DNA of 64,000 bases from Thermoplasmatota archaeon (lineage in GTDB: Archaea > Thermoplasmatota > Thermoplasmata > UBA10834): positions 160,001-224,000 of the forward strand of contig JBFMHR010000004.1 in assembly GCA_040751795.1 (NCBI GenBank). Reading direction: 5' to 3'. The notes beneath the pieces were generated by a model. It was not told the DNA's origin. It did no database searches and worked only from the letters and a program-made list of their open reading frames with translations. Shown here in pieces: positions 19,092 through 28,201 of this stretch. The number at the start of each line of letters is the position of its first letter. Within the stretch, counting starts at the first letter, position 1. Both the position numbers and the translations under genes were made by a program.

Positions 19092-19301
19092 GGTAAGGAC
19101 CAGTTGGGTGCAATGCCCGTGGAGGGTATTAAGACTTGACCGGGGGGCCCGCGCGCGCCCGCGCGCACTTGCGCCTGGCGTGGCCACGGGGCGGAATCAG
19201 GAAATCATATATATAGCGGCCAAACGCCTATCCATCCAGAAGCGGCCCGCCAGTGTACCCCCGAGGCGTAGCCGTTGACAACGAGCTAGAGGAGATTCTG
19301 A

Positions 19302-22300
19302 ATGTACGCTAGAGAGCGCTTTATGGGAGCAGTCTTGGCCGTGGCGCTGTGCGTCGCGATGTTCGCCGGCGCCATGGTGATCGTGCCTGATGGGACGGAA
19401 GCCCTGCCCGAGGATGCCTGGGTCAGGGGCGTGGTGGACGACGGCACCGACCCGTTGGCCGACGTCTACATCAAGGTGATGATGTTCACCGCCGGCGCGG
19501 TGGACGCTGGCTACGCGTTCACCGACGCGTCCGGCGAGTACATGATCGGCCTCCCGGGAGGCTTCGACTACATGGTCATCGCCGCGAACGGGAGCTACTA
19601 CATGAGCATGGGCATGGTCTCCGTGGACATCGGGGAGACCGCCTGGGCCAACTTCACGCTCGACCCGATCTCGCCGGCCGTGGCTGACATCACGATCAAG
19701 GGCTATGTCAAGGACGAGTACGGCGTCCCCGCGACCGGCGGGCACGTGCTCGGGATATCGAACGACCCGATGAGCGGGGACATGCCGATGTACGCGAACG
19801 TCACGGCCCCGGACGGCACGGGCTACTTCGAGGTCAACGTCATCGAGAGCACGGCCGGCGGAGGCGCGGTCGCGTTCGACAACCCAGGGTATTCGATGGT
19901 CGACAACACCACCGAGACCGCGATCCTGAGCGGTGAGACCTACTGGTTCAACATCACCCTCACCTCCACGTCGTCCATGGACGACGCCAGGATATACGGA
20001 CAGGTGACCGATGCGGCGACAGGGCTCGGCATAGAGGGCGTCTTCGTCAGCGCCGAGATCTGGAGCGAGTCCCTGGGCACCGGGTACTCCAACTTCACCT
20101 TCACCGACTCAGAGGGCAACTACGAGATGAACGTCACCAGCGGCGAGGGCAGGATCACGATGGTGAGGTCGGGCTACACGATGGCGATGTTCGAGGACGA
20201 GGTCATCGGGCCTGGCGACGACCTCCAGTACGACGCGGCCCTCAGGCAGCTCAACTGCGTGGTGAGGGGCAACGTGACGGACCTCAAGTCCGCCCTGCCC
20301 CTCGAGATGGCAAGGGTCGTCCTCATGGACATGGAGGGCAGCATGGCGATGACCTCCACCGACTCCTCCGGAGCATACGAGCTCGACGCCTTCGACGGGG
20401 AGGACATGTACCTCTTCGCCCAGGCCGACGGCTACTCCCAGAACTTCACCGTCGTCACGCTGTCGCCATCGGAAGAGGCCTGGTACGACTTCGGCCTCCT
20501 CCCGGTGTCCGCATGGCTCGAGGGCACTGTCACCGACGCCGTCACCGGCCTGCCGGTGGAGGGCGCGTGGGTGAACGCGCAGATGGACTCGGGAGGGTAC
20601 TCCGACGATGACCAGACCGACGCATCGGGCGCCTACAACATCTCCCTCGTCCCCGGGCACTACAGCGTCTACGTGAACGCTATGGACTACCGGCAGACCG
20701 AGGCGGAGGTCGACGTCGCCGACGGGGCGACCGTCGTCCAGGACTTCTCCATCGTCCGGTGGGACGTCGAGGAGACGTGTTTCGTTCACGGGTTCGTCAC
20801 GGACTCCGGCTCCGGCGACCCCATAGTCGACGCCTGGGTCACTGTCGCCTTCGGGGACCTCTCGTACCAGAACCGGACGCAGACCGATGACGCTGGCCTG
20901 TACGAGGTGTACGTGCCCCCGGTCGACGGGATGCTCATCGGCGCCACGGCCTACGCGCACGCGCCCGCCTACGACGCCCTCGACTGCTTCGGCCTGGCGG
21001 ACCTCTCGCTCGACATGCAGTTGGACCCGGACCCGTACTCCCCGAACCTCACGTACGTCCAGCAGCCGCTCGAGAACGTCAGCTGGACCAACCCGATGAC
21101 CATCGACGCCGAGGTCGAGGACCTCTACCTGAGGCAGATGATCCTCTTCAACTTCATGCACTGGTACACGAACAGCACCCACGAGGTCCTGTACATGATG
21201 GAGGGGGCGTCGGTCTCCTTCGACCCGTTCTCGCCGTCCGAGGGCCTCGAGTACGTCCAGGACGGGGACAACTACACGGTGCACGACGAGTTCAACGGGA
21301 CCATTGACGACGCCTCCATGATCGCCGGATGGGTCGGGGACGGCGTGGCGGACCCGTCCTACGTCGCCGCTTACAAGCAGTGGTGGGGGCCCGAGCTCCA
21401 GTACGGCATCAGGGCCTACTACTCGAACGACACGCTCACCGACATGCCTGGCGGGGCGTACTTCGACGCGGAGACGGGCGAATACCTGCTGTTCCACTTC
21501 GACTGGGGCATGGAGGAGGCCTACCCCGAGGACACCTCGGGCGTGGTGACGCTGATGGTCAACCAGATGTCCATCAACCTCACCAACCCCAGTGAGTGGA
21601 GGTGGGAGGGGCAGACGTCCATCGGGGACTACGGCGTCGCAGGCCTGACGTTCTCCGAGGACCCATTGGTCCCGAGCGTCGGGTGGGCGACCCTCTTCGG
21701 CGTCAACGACTTCGGCGACCAGGGCCAGTGGTTCGTGACGCAGTTCACCGTCGACAACGGGGTGCCGGCCGCAGACGCCGGCGCCGACCAGACCGTCGTC
21801 GTGGACACCGTCTGTGGCATCGACGGGAGCGGCTCCTCCGACGACGTGGGCATAGCGAACTACACGTGGGAGTTCGAGGACGATGGCGTCCCCGTCGCCC
21901 GGTACGTGGAGTCGTTCGACTACACCTTCACCGTTGTCGGGAGCTACGACCTGACGCTGACGGTCACCGACGGGGCAGGGCACACGTCCTCCGATTCCGT
22001 CACCGTGGAGGTCCTCGCGGACGGGGCGCCTTCGGCCGACGCGGGCCCGGACCAGACGGTCGACGAGGACACGCTGGTCACGTTCGACGGGGCCGGGTCG
22101 ACCGACGACATCGGCATAGACAACTGGACGTGGACGATAACCGACCTGTCGGCCGAGATGTACGGCGGGTCCCCGGAGTACACGTTCCCGGAGCCGGGTG
22201 AGTACACGGTCGAGCTGGTGGTCACGGACACGGTCGGCCAGGAGTCCGCACCGGACTCGATGGTCGTCACGGTCCTCGACGTGACTGACCCGGTCGCGGA

Positions 22301-23261
22301 CGCGGGCGCCGACCAGGACGTGTCGTTCGGCGACCTCGTCAGCTTCGACGGGTCCGACTCCTCCGACAACGTGGCCGTAGACGCGTACGTGTGGAGCTTC
22401 GACGACGGCGGGACGGTGACCCTCACGGGCGTGTCGCCGTCCCACACCTTCACCGCGCCGGGCGAGTTCACGGTGACCCTCACCGTCGACGATGCCGCCG
22501 GCAACGAGGACTCGGACACGATGGTCGTGACGGTGGTCGACGACGAGGCCCCGGTGGCCGACGCCGGCGCTGACCCGGTCGGCGTGGTGGTGGGCGACCT
22601 CGTGGTGCTGGACGCCTCGGCATCGAGCGACAACGTGGGCATAGACAACTACACCTGGAACTTCACGGACGGGGACGAGGTGTTCCTGTACGGCGGCACG
22701 GTCAACCACCTCTTCGAGAGCTCCGGCGAGTTCACCGTCACCCTGACGGTGACCGACGCCGCCGGCCTGAGCGACACCGACACCGTGGTCGTAAGGGTCT
22801 CCGAGGAGGCCAACGAGGGCCCCGATGCGGACGCGGGCGACGACATAGACGCCGAGGAGGGCGACACGGTCGCCTTCGACGGCTCCGGCTCGTCGGACGA
22901 CGTCGGGATCGAGGACTACACATGGACCTTCGAGTACGACGACGAGGTGCGGACGCTCACCGGCGTCTCCCCGGAGTTCGTGTTCGACATCGCCGGCACC
23001 TACATCGTCACGCTGAACGTGACGGACGCCGAGGGCGAGTGGGACACGGACACGGTAGTGGTGATAGTCGGAGAGAAGGCCTCGACGTTCTTCACCGAGT
23101 ACTGGTGGCTCCTGGCGGCCGTGGCGGCGATCGTGGTGATAGCGGTCCTGGCGCTCCTGATGAGGGGCGGCAGGGCCAGCGCGGCCTCCACCAAGCCCGA
23201 GGACGAGGGCGACGAGCTCGAGGAGGAGGAGCTGCCCCCGCCCGACGACGAGGAGGTCTGA
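19302..23261 (+). CDS. Large acidic cell-surface protein: carboxypeptidase-regulatory-like beta-sandwich repeats, five PKD domains, C-terminal TM
   Basis: Signal peptide. Repeats GxVTD..TG.P..GA.V and TD..G.Y. Five PxADAG.D...DG/DAS.SSD..I..Y/WTW.F PKD units. TM YWWLLAAVAAIVVIAVLALLM and an acidic tail. Confidence 0.88.
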   Translation: MYARERFMGAVLAVALCVAMFAGAMVIVPDGTEALPEDAWVRGVVDDGTDPLADVYIKVMMFTAGAVDAGYAFTDASGEYMIGLPGGFDYMVIAANGSYYMSMGMVSVDIGETAWANFTLDPISPAVADITIKGYVKDEYGVPATGGHVLGISNDPMSGDMPMYANVTAPDGTGYFEVNVIESTAGGGAVAFDNPGYSMVDNTTETAILSGETYWFNITLTSTSSMDDARIYGQVTDAATGLGIEGVFVSAEIWSESLGTGYSNFTFTDSEGNYEMNVTSGEGRITMVRSGYTMAMFEDEVIGPGDDLQYDAALRQLNCVVRGNVTDLKSALPLEMARVVLMDMEGSMAMTSTDSSGAYELDAFDGEDMYLFAQADGYSQNFTVVTLSPSEEAWYDFGLLPVSAWLEGTVTDAVTGLPVEGAWVNAQMDSGGYSDDDQTDASGAYNISLVPGHYSVYVNAMDYRQTEAEVDVADGATVVQDFSIVRWDVEETCFVHGFVTDSGSGDPIVDAWVTVAFGDLSYQNRTQTDDAGLYEVYVPPVDGMLIGATAYAHAPAYDALDCFGLADLSLDMQLDPDPYSPNLTYVQQPLENVSWTNPMTIDAEVEDLYLRQMILFNFMHWYTNSTHEVLYMMEGASVSFDPFSPSEGLEYVQDGDNYTVHDEFNGTIDDASMIAGWVGDGVADPSYVAAYKQWWGPELQYGIRAYYSNDTLTDMPGGAYFDAETGEYLLFHFDWGMEEAYPEDTSGVVTLMVNQMSINLTNPSEWRWEGQTSIGDYGVAGLTFSEDPLVPSVGWATLFGVNDFGDQGQWFVTQFTVDNGVPAADAGADQTVVVDTVCGIDGSGSSDDVGIANYTWEFEDDGVPVARYVESFDYTFTVVGSYDLTLTVTDGAGHTSSDSVTVEVLADGAPSADAGPDQTVDEDTLVTFDGAGSTDDIGIDNWTWTITDLSAEMYGGSPEYTFPEPGEYTVELVVTDTVGQESAPDSMVVTVLDVTDPVADAGADQDVSFGDLVSFDGSDSSDNVAVDAYVWSFDDGGTVTLTGVSPSHTFTAPGEFTVTLTVDDAAGNEDSDTMVVTVVDDEAPVADAGADPVGVVVGDLVVLDASASSDNVGIDNYTWNFTDGDEVFLYGGTVNHLFESSGEFTVTLTVTDAAGLSDTDTVVVRVSEEANEGPDADAGDDIDAEEGDTVAFDGSGSSDDVGIEDYTWTFEYDDEVRTLTGVSPEFVFDIAGTYIVTLNVTDAEGEWDTDTVVVIVGEKASTFFTEYWWLLAAVAAIVVIAVLALLMRGGRASAASTKPEDEGDELEEEELPPPDDEEV

Positions 23262-23305
23262 GCCGGTCCAGGCAGGGAAACCCCGCAAACCCCTTGCAGC
23301 GTTTT

Positions 23306-24163
23306 CTACCGCTTCGCCAGCATGGGCACCAGCTCGTCGAGGCTCAGCGGGCGCCTCCTGGAACCGTCGTCGAGGCCCAGCTGCCTGAACAGCTTGGCGA
23401 CCGTCGGGAGGTCGAGCCCGGCCGACGAGAGCAGCGCCTCGTCGTAGAGGATCTCCTCCGGCCTCCCCTCGGCGACTATGCCCCCTCCCTTGACCACGCA
23501 CACCCTGTCCGCCAGCCTCGCGGCCATGTCCATGTCGTGGAGGGCTATGACCACGCTGATCCCGTGCTCCTCCTTGAGGGACCTCAGGACCGCCTCGATC
23601 CTGCGGGAGTTGGAGGGGTCGAGGTCGCCCGTGGGCTCGTCCACGGCGAGTATCCGCGGCTGCATGGCGAGGATGCCCGCGATGGCGACGAGCCTCTTCT
23701 GGCCGCCGCTCAGGTAGTGCGGGATCTTCCCCGTCTCGCCCATGCCGACGACCCCTAGGGCCCACTCGGCCCTCCTCCTCGCCTCCTCGGCGGGGAGCCC
23801 GAGGTTCATCGGCCCGAACATCACGTCCTCGAGGACCGTGGGAGAGAAGAGCTGCGAGTCCGCGTCCTGGAAGACGAGCCCGACGAGCTTCCTGATGTCC
23901 GAGACGTTCCTCTTGTCGATGTCCTTCCCGAATATCCTCACGCGCCCGACGTCGGGCATCATCAGCCCGTTCAGGTGCTCGACGAGGGTGGACTTGCCCG
24001 CCCCGTTGGGGCCGCAGAGGGCGACTATCTCCCTGGGGTAGACCCTGAAGCACATCCTGTGGATGCCCTCGGTCCCGTCGGGGTACCTGTGCGTGACGCA
24101 GTCGACGTGTACGATGGCCTCCCCGGCCTCCGGGCAAGATACGCAGTTCTCATCCTGTGCCAT
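23306..24163 (-). CDS. cbiO: ECF transporter ATPase (CbiO/NikO)
   Basis: GPNGAGKST, VFQDADSQLF.PTV.EDV.FGP.N, LSGGQKR, DEPT. Confidence 0.92.
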   Translation of the reverse strand: MAQDENCVSCPEAGEAIVHVDCVTHRYPDGTEGIHRMCFRVYPREIVALCGPNGAGKSTLVEHLNGLMMPDVGRVRIFGKDIDKRNVSDIRKLVGLVFQDADSQLFSPTVLEDVMFGPMNLGLPAEEARRRAEWALGVVGMGETGKIPHYLSGGQKRLVAIAGILAMQPRILAVDEPTGDLDPSNSRRIEAVLRSLKEEHGISVVIALHDMDMAARLADRVCVVKGGGIVAEGRPEEILYDEALLSSAGLDLPTVAKLFRQLGLDDGSRRRPLSLDELVPMLAKR

Positions 24164-24165
24164 GT

Positions 24166-24996
24166 CTACCACCAGACCATGAGGTCCCCGTCGAAGTACC
24201 TCGAGTATACCGAGAGGGCGACGGCCGCACCCGCGAGCGCGAGAACGGCGACGCCGCCGGCCGATGGGCGAGGCGTCCTCTCGGCGACCGGGAACTCCCC
24301 GGTGAACGCGCGCGACTCCATCGCCTTCGAGATCCTCTCCGCGCGCTCGAACGCGTGGATGAACGCGTGCCCGAATATCCCGGCGAAGAGCCTCGACTGG
24401 CGGGTCGCGCCCTTGACCAGGCCGCCGTTCCTCGCGTGCATCGCGTCGAGGACGTCGGTCACCTCGTCCGAGGTGACGAAGAGGAACCGGTAGGAGAGCA
24501 GGAACATGGTTGCGAGGGGGCGTGGCAGGGTCCTCTGCGCGATGCCGGCTATCTGCGCGTACCTGGTCGTCATGAAGACCGTCAGGGAGAAGGTGACCAC
24601 CGCGAGGGCCCTGAGCAGCAGCTTGGCCATGAGGACCAGCCCGTTGTCGGTCACGGAGACCCTGGTCCCGCCCAGGGTCAGCCCTGCGACCTCCGTCCCC
24701 GGCTCAGTGAACACGAAGAGCAAGGTCAGGGTGACCACGAACATCGCCGGGAGCGTGTACCAGCCGATTAGGACCCGGAGGGGGAGCCTGGCGAGCGCGT
24801 ACACGGCCAGCATCGCCACGAGGAGCAGCGCGAGGGACAGGATGTCGGTCAGCACGGTCGCCAGCGTGACGACGGCCCCGAGCAGGGCTGCCTTCGTCCA
24901 CGGGCTGGCCGAGTGGACCGCGCTCCTCCCGGTCTCCCCGAAGTGGGTCACGAGCCTGAAGTCCGGTATGTGCCTGGAGTAGGACCGCCTGGACAT
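24166..24996 (-). CDS. cbiQ: ECF transporter T component (CbiQ/NikQ)
   Basis: SAVHSASPWTK, SYRFLF, AMHARNG, RAERISKAMESRAF. Confidence 0.9.
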   Translation of the reverse strand: MSRRSYSRHIPDFRLVTHFGETGRSAVHSASPWTKAALLGAVVTLATVLTDILSLALLLVAMLAVYALARLPLRVLIGWYTLPAMFVVTLTLLFVFTEPGTEVAGLTLGGTRVSVTDNGLVLMAKLLLRALAVVTFSLTVFMTTRYAQIAGIAQRTLPRPLATMFLLSYRFLFVTSDEVTDVLDAMHARNGGLVKGATRQSRLFAGIFGHAFIHAFERAERISKAMESRAFTGEFPVAERTPRPSAGGVAVLALAGAAVALSVYSRYFDGDLMVWW

Positions 24997-25002
24997 GGCA
25001 CC

Positions 25003-25215
25003 TCACGCCCCCTCCCCCGGCCTCTTCGCCAGGTAGACGAACGAGACCAGCGCGACCACCGCCAGCGCGCCGCCCACGACCGCCACCTTGACCAGGTCCC
25101 CCGCGATGAGCCCCTCATCCTCGTGCTCCTCCCCCATGGCGAGGTAGGCGACGGCCCCCGCGACGACGGCGACCCCTGCGGCGAGGTATATGACCGCCCT
25201 CGGTCCGAGCCCCAT
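25003..25215 (-). CDS. Small two-TM protein, probable ECF accessory subunit (CbiN/NikN-like position)
   Basis: Two hydrophobic helices around an acidic His loop (EEHEDE); lies between the cbiM- and cbiQ-like genes. Confidence 0.6.
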   Translation of the reverse strand: MGLGPRAVIYLAAGVAVVAGAVAYLAMGEEHEDEGLIAGDLVKVAVVGGALAVVALVSFVYLAKRPGEGA

Positions 25216-25219
25216 GCGC

Positions 25220-25906
25220 TCACGCCCCCGCCGCCGGGGTGCCCTCCGGCTCGGGGTCCCCCTCGGCCTCGCCCAGGAGGTCCGGCCTCACCCTGCCGAT
25301 GAACCTCACGATGTAGCCGGTGACCACGCCCTCTATGACGCCCACGGCCACGTTGACCACGGCGATGACGGCCATGTTGGCGAGGATCTCCTCCTTCGTC
25401 TGCTCGGAGTCCTGTATCCCCGACACGGCGACTATGGCCACGATCGCGAGCGCGCTCACGGACAGGGCGGCGATGGCAGCGCCCAGTCCGGACGTGAAGC
25501 GGTCGAGCCTGAACCTGTTCCTGACCAGCCTGTAGACGTAGTAGGCCACCACGACCTCGGTCATGTTGACGACGGTGTTCGCGCCTATCATGCCCCACCC
25601 GCCGTGGCCCACGGCGGCGCTGAAGAAGTTGATGAGGAGCACGGCGAGGCTCCCGAGCCCCGGCCCCGCGAGGATGCCTATGATCGGGGTGAGGTTGAGG
25701 TGGATCCCGCCGAAGACCGGGATGCTCACCTGGAAGACGGCGAAGCCCACGGACGTGCACATGGCCGCTATCGCGAGCTTCCTCGGGGAGGCCTCCCTCC
25801 TCCCGACCAGGAACAGCGCCAGGGCGACCAGCCCTGCGGCCGCGAGGGACCATACGATGACCCAGAACGGGGAGAACGCCCCGTCCTCCAGATGTATGTG
25901 CGCCAC
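25220..25906 (-). CDS. cbiM: ECF Co/Ni S component (CbiM/NikM family)
   Basis: GTG start after GGAG giving MAHIHLEDG; GIHLNL, GILAGP, GHGGWG.IGAN, GVIEGVVT. Confidence 0.88.
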   Translation of the reverse strand: MAHIHLEDGAFSPFWVIVWSLAAAGLVALALFLVGRREASPRKLAIAAMCTSVGFAVFQVSIPVFGGIHLNLTPIIGILAGPGLGSLAVLLINFFSAAVGHGGWGMIGANTVVNMTEVVVAYYVYRLVRNRFRLDRFTSGLGAAIAALSVSALAIVAIVAVSGIQDSEQTKEEILANMAVIAVVNVAVGVIEGVVTGYIVRFIGRVRPDLLGEAEGDPEPEGTPAAGA

Positions 25907-26055
25907 TTGACTCCGCCAATCCACCGCGGATTTGTTTAATAAAATCTTCGTCGCAGTTAATAACCACCTGGGCGGCAGGCGGGGCCGTTAATAACGCGCA
26001 TGAGGCGAAACAGAGAGATACCCCTGGGGCCAGTATCCTTACCCAGGTCCTGCAG

Positions 26056-26583
26056 ATGCTCACCCCGACGCACCTCATGGTGGTTGTACTCGCGGCGATG
26101 GCCATGAGGCTCAACAGGGACGAGTGGTTCATCGCGCTGATGTTCGGCGTCGTGGTCGATGCCGACCACCTCTTCGCCCTGCCCAGGTACGTCTCCGACA
26201 ACGGCTGGGACGCGGTCCTGAGGCAGTCATGGGACGACGCCTCCGGCCTCCCATGGAAGTCCTGGTTCCACTACCCAGTTTCGGCCATCGTCGTCGGGTA
26301 CCTCTCCGTGGGGTGGAGGCTGGCCCTCCCGCTGGCGTTCTGGTCCGCGCACCTGGGCATGGACTGGCTCCAGCTGCAGCTCGCGGGCTACAACACCGTC
26401 GGGGAGTCGGCGATCCTCGCAGGCTCGACGGCAGGGGCATTGTACATCGGCTACTCCAGGTGGTCCGTCAGGACGGGCGGGTCCGGGCTCCCCGGGTACG
26501 CGGGGAGCCTCAGGGAGTCGGCGAGGTCCTCGGTCTCCGGGCTCGGGTCCGTCATCTCCGGGCTCGTCTGTAGAAGCCGCTGA
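26056..26583 (+). CDS. Membrane-bound metal-dependent hydrolase-like protein (YdjM-like)
   Basis: N-terminal TH, DADH, WFH and AHLGMD motifs in a hydrophobic protein. Confidence 0.6.
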   Translation: MLTPTHLMVVVLAAMAMRLNRDEWFIALMFGVVVDADHLFALPRYVSDNGWDAVLRQSWDDASGLPWKSWFHYPVSAIVVGYLSVGWRLALPLAFWSAHLGMDWLQLQLAGYNTVGESAILAGSTAGALYIGYSRWSVRTGGSGLPGYAGSLRESARSSVSGLGSVISGLVCRSR

Positions 26584-27448
26584 GGAATATCACCCAGACG
26601 ACCTCGAACACGATGCATATCGTCGCGGGGACCGCGACCCTCGGCTCGAAGAGGGCGATGGCCAGCGTCGCCGTGAGCCCGAGGTTCTTGTAGCTGGCGA
26701 AGAGCACATTCGCTATCCTGTCCTCCTTGGGGACCTTCATGGCCCTGAGGGCGTACTCCGTCCCGAGGCCCGTCCCGAACGTCCTGACCATCGAGGCGGC
26801 CGCCACGGCGAGCACGACCCATGGCTCGTCGAAGAACGCCTCCCTGTTCGAACCGGCCACGGCGAAGATGAGGATCGCGAACGAGAGGTTCATCGCCACG
26901 GACTTCGTCCGCTTCTGGATGTCCACGCGCATCACTGCCCGGGAGAGCGCCATCGGGAGGACGATGAGGACCAGGAGCGAGACGACGAGGCTGTCCACGG
27001 AGACGGCGGAGCCGATGAACGCGAGCGAGACCAGGGGCATCAGGCCCAGGGCGGCGATGTAGTTAACCGAGGTGGAGAAGAGGGCCTTGGAGGTCCTCCC
27101 GCCCAGGATCGAGGTGAACGGCACGACCGACACCGCCGACGGGGCCGCGGCCATCAGCACCCAGCCCCACCAGAGGTCGTCGGAGAACATGCTGCCCAGG
27201 AGCAGTATGACCGCCGTGAGCATCCCGTAGTTCAGGGCGAGAGCCACGGCGGCGTCCTTCGCGTGGTCCCTGCTCCTCGCCTCGCTCAGCCTCACGTTGG
27301 AGAGGGAGAGGGTCATGAGGACCGCGAGGGAGGCCATCGAGACCTCCTTGGTCAGCACGGGCAGCCCCCCGGAGGCCACCCCGAGCGCGAGCCCCAGCGC
27401 CATCATGGCGCTGTAGCTCTCCAGCACCTTCGTCAGGCCCATCGCCAT
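26552..27448 (-). CDS. Bile acid:sodium symporter (BASS/Acr3-like) family transporter
   Basis: About 9-10 TM helices; LMAAAPSA...FTSILGG and SYKNLGL motifs. Confidence 0.8.
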   Translation of the reverse strand: MAMGLTKVLESYSAMMALGLALGVASGGLPVLTKEVSMASLAVLMTLSLSNVRLSEARSRDHAKDAAVALALNYGMLTAVILLLGSMFSDDLWWGWVLMAAAPSAVSVVPFTSILGGRTSKALFSTSVNYIAALGLMPLVSLAFIGSAVSVDSLVVSLLVLIVLPMALSRAVMRVDIQKRTKSVAMNLSFAILIFAVAGSNREAFFDEPWVVLAVAAASMVRTFGTGLGTEYALRAMKVPKEDRIANVLFASYKNLGLTATLAIALFEPRVAVPATICIVFEVVWVIFLSGFYRRARR

Positions 27449-27535
27449 TCCGAGCACAGTGCCGGTACAAATATGCTTCCCGTCGCGCGGGAGGGCACCT
27501 AATGGTTTTTATGCAGGCTCCCTCATCGGTGGGCG

Positions 27536-28201
27536 ATGAGCCTGGTGGAGTGGGGCACCGACCTCATACTCGACTGGATATCGACCCTCGGCTACCCGGG
27601 CATAGTCCTCCTGATGGCGCTGGAGAGCGCGTGCATGCCGGTGCCGAGCGAGATCGTCATGCCCTTCGCCGGGTACCTCGTCTACCAGGCCGAGCTGCCA
27701 GGGTACGACGGCACGGTCATGTCGCTGGTCGGGGTGTCCCTCGCAGGCGCGCTCGGCTGCACGATAGGGTCGGTCCTCGCGTACGCGGTGGGGAAGCACT
27801 GGGGCAGGCCGTTCATCCTGAGGTACGGGAAGTACATCCTCATCCGCAAGAAGCACATGGACATGGCCGACGCGTGGTTCGAGAAGTACGGGGACGTCGC
27901 CACCTTCGTCGCAAGGCTCCTCCCCATAGTGCGCACGGTGATATCGCTCCCCGCCGGCATCGCCAGGATGAACTTCAAGAGGTTCGTGTTCTACAGCTTC
28001 GTGGGCTCCCTCCCCTGGACCGCCCTCCTGGCCTACATCGGCTACTGGCTCGGCCCGAGCTGGGAGGACATAATAGAGTGGTTCCACGGGCTGGACGTCG
28101 TGGTCGTGGCGGTGGTGGCCGCGCTGATAGTCTGGTACGCCTACAAGCTGAGGAAGGACAACGGGTCGGACGATGCGCGGAGCGGGCCCGCTCAGCCGTA
28201 G
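27536..28201 (+). CDS. DedA family membrane protein
   Basis: LMALESACMPVPSEIVMPFAG, WFEKYG, ARLLPIVRTVISLPAG. Confidence 0.93.
   Translation: MSLVEWGTDLILDWISTLGYPGIVLLMALESACMPVPSEIVMPFAGYLVYQAELPGYDGTVMSLVGVSLAGALGCTIGSVLAYAVGKHWGRPFILRYGKYILIRKKHMDMADAWFEKYGDVATFVARLLPIVRTVISLPAGIARMNFKRFVFYSFVGSLPWTALLAYIGYWLGPSWEDIIEWFHGLDVVVVAVVAALIVWYAYKLRKDNGSDDARSGPAQP

Noticed and set aside
21760-23070. Recurring DNA motifs resembling a repeat array or CRISPR
   Set aside because: Degenerate coding repeats of PKD domains at about 260-nt period, with no identical repeat-spacer structure and no cas genes.
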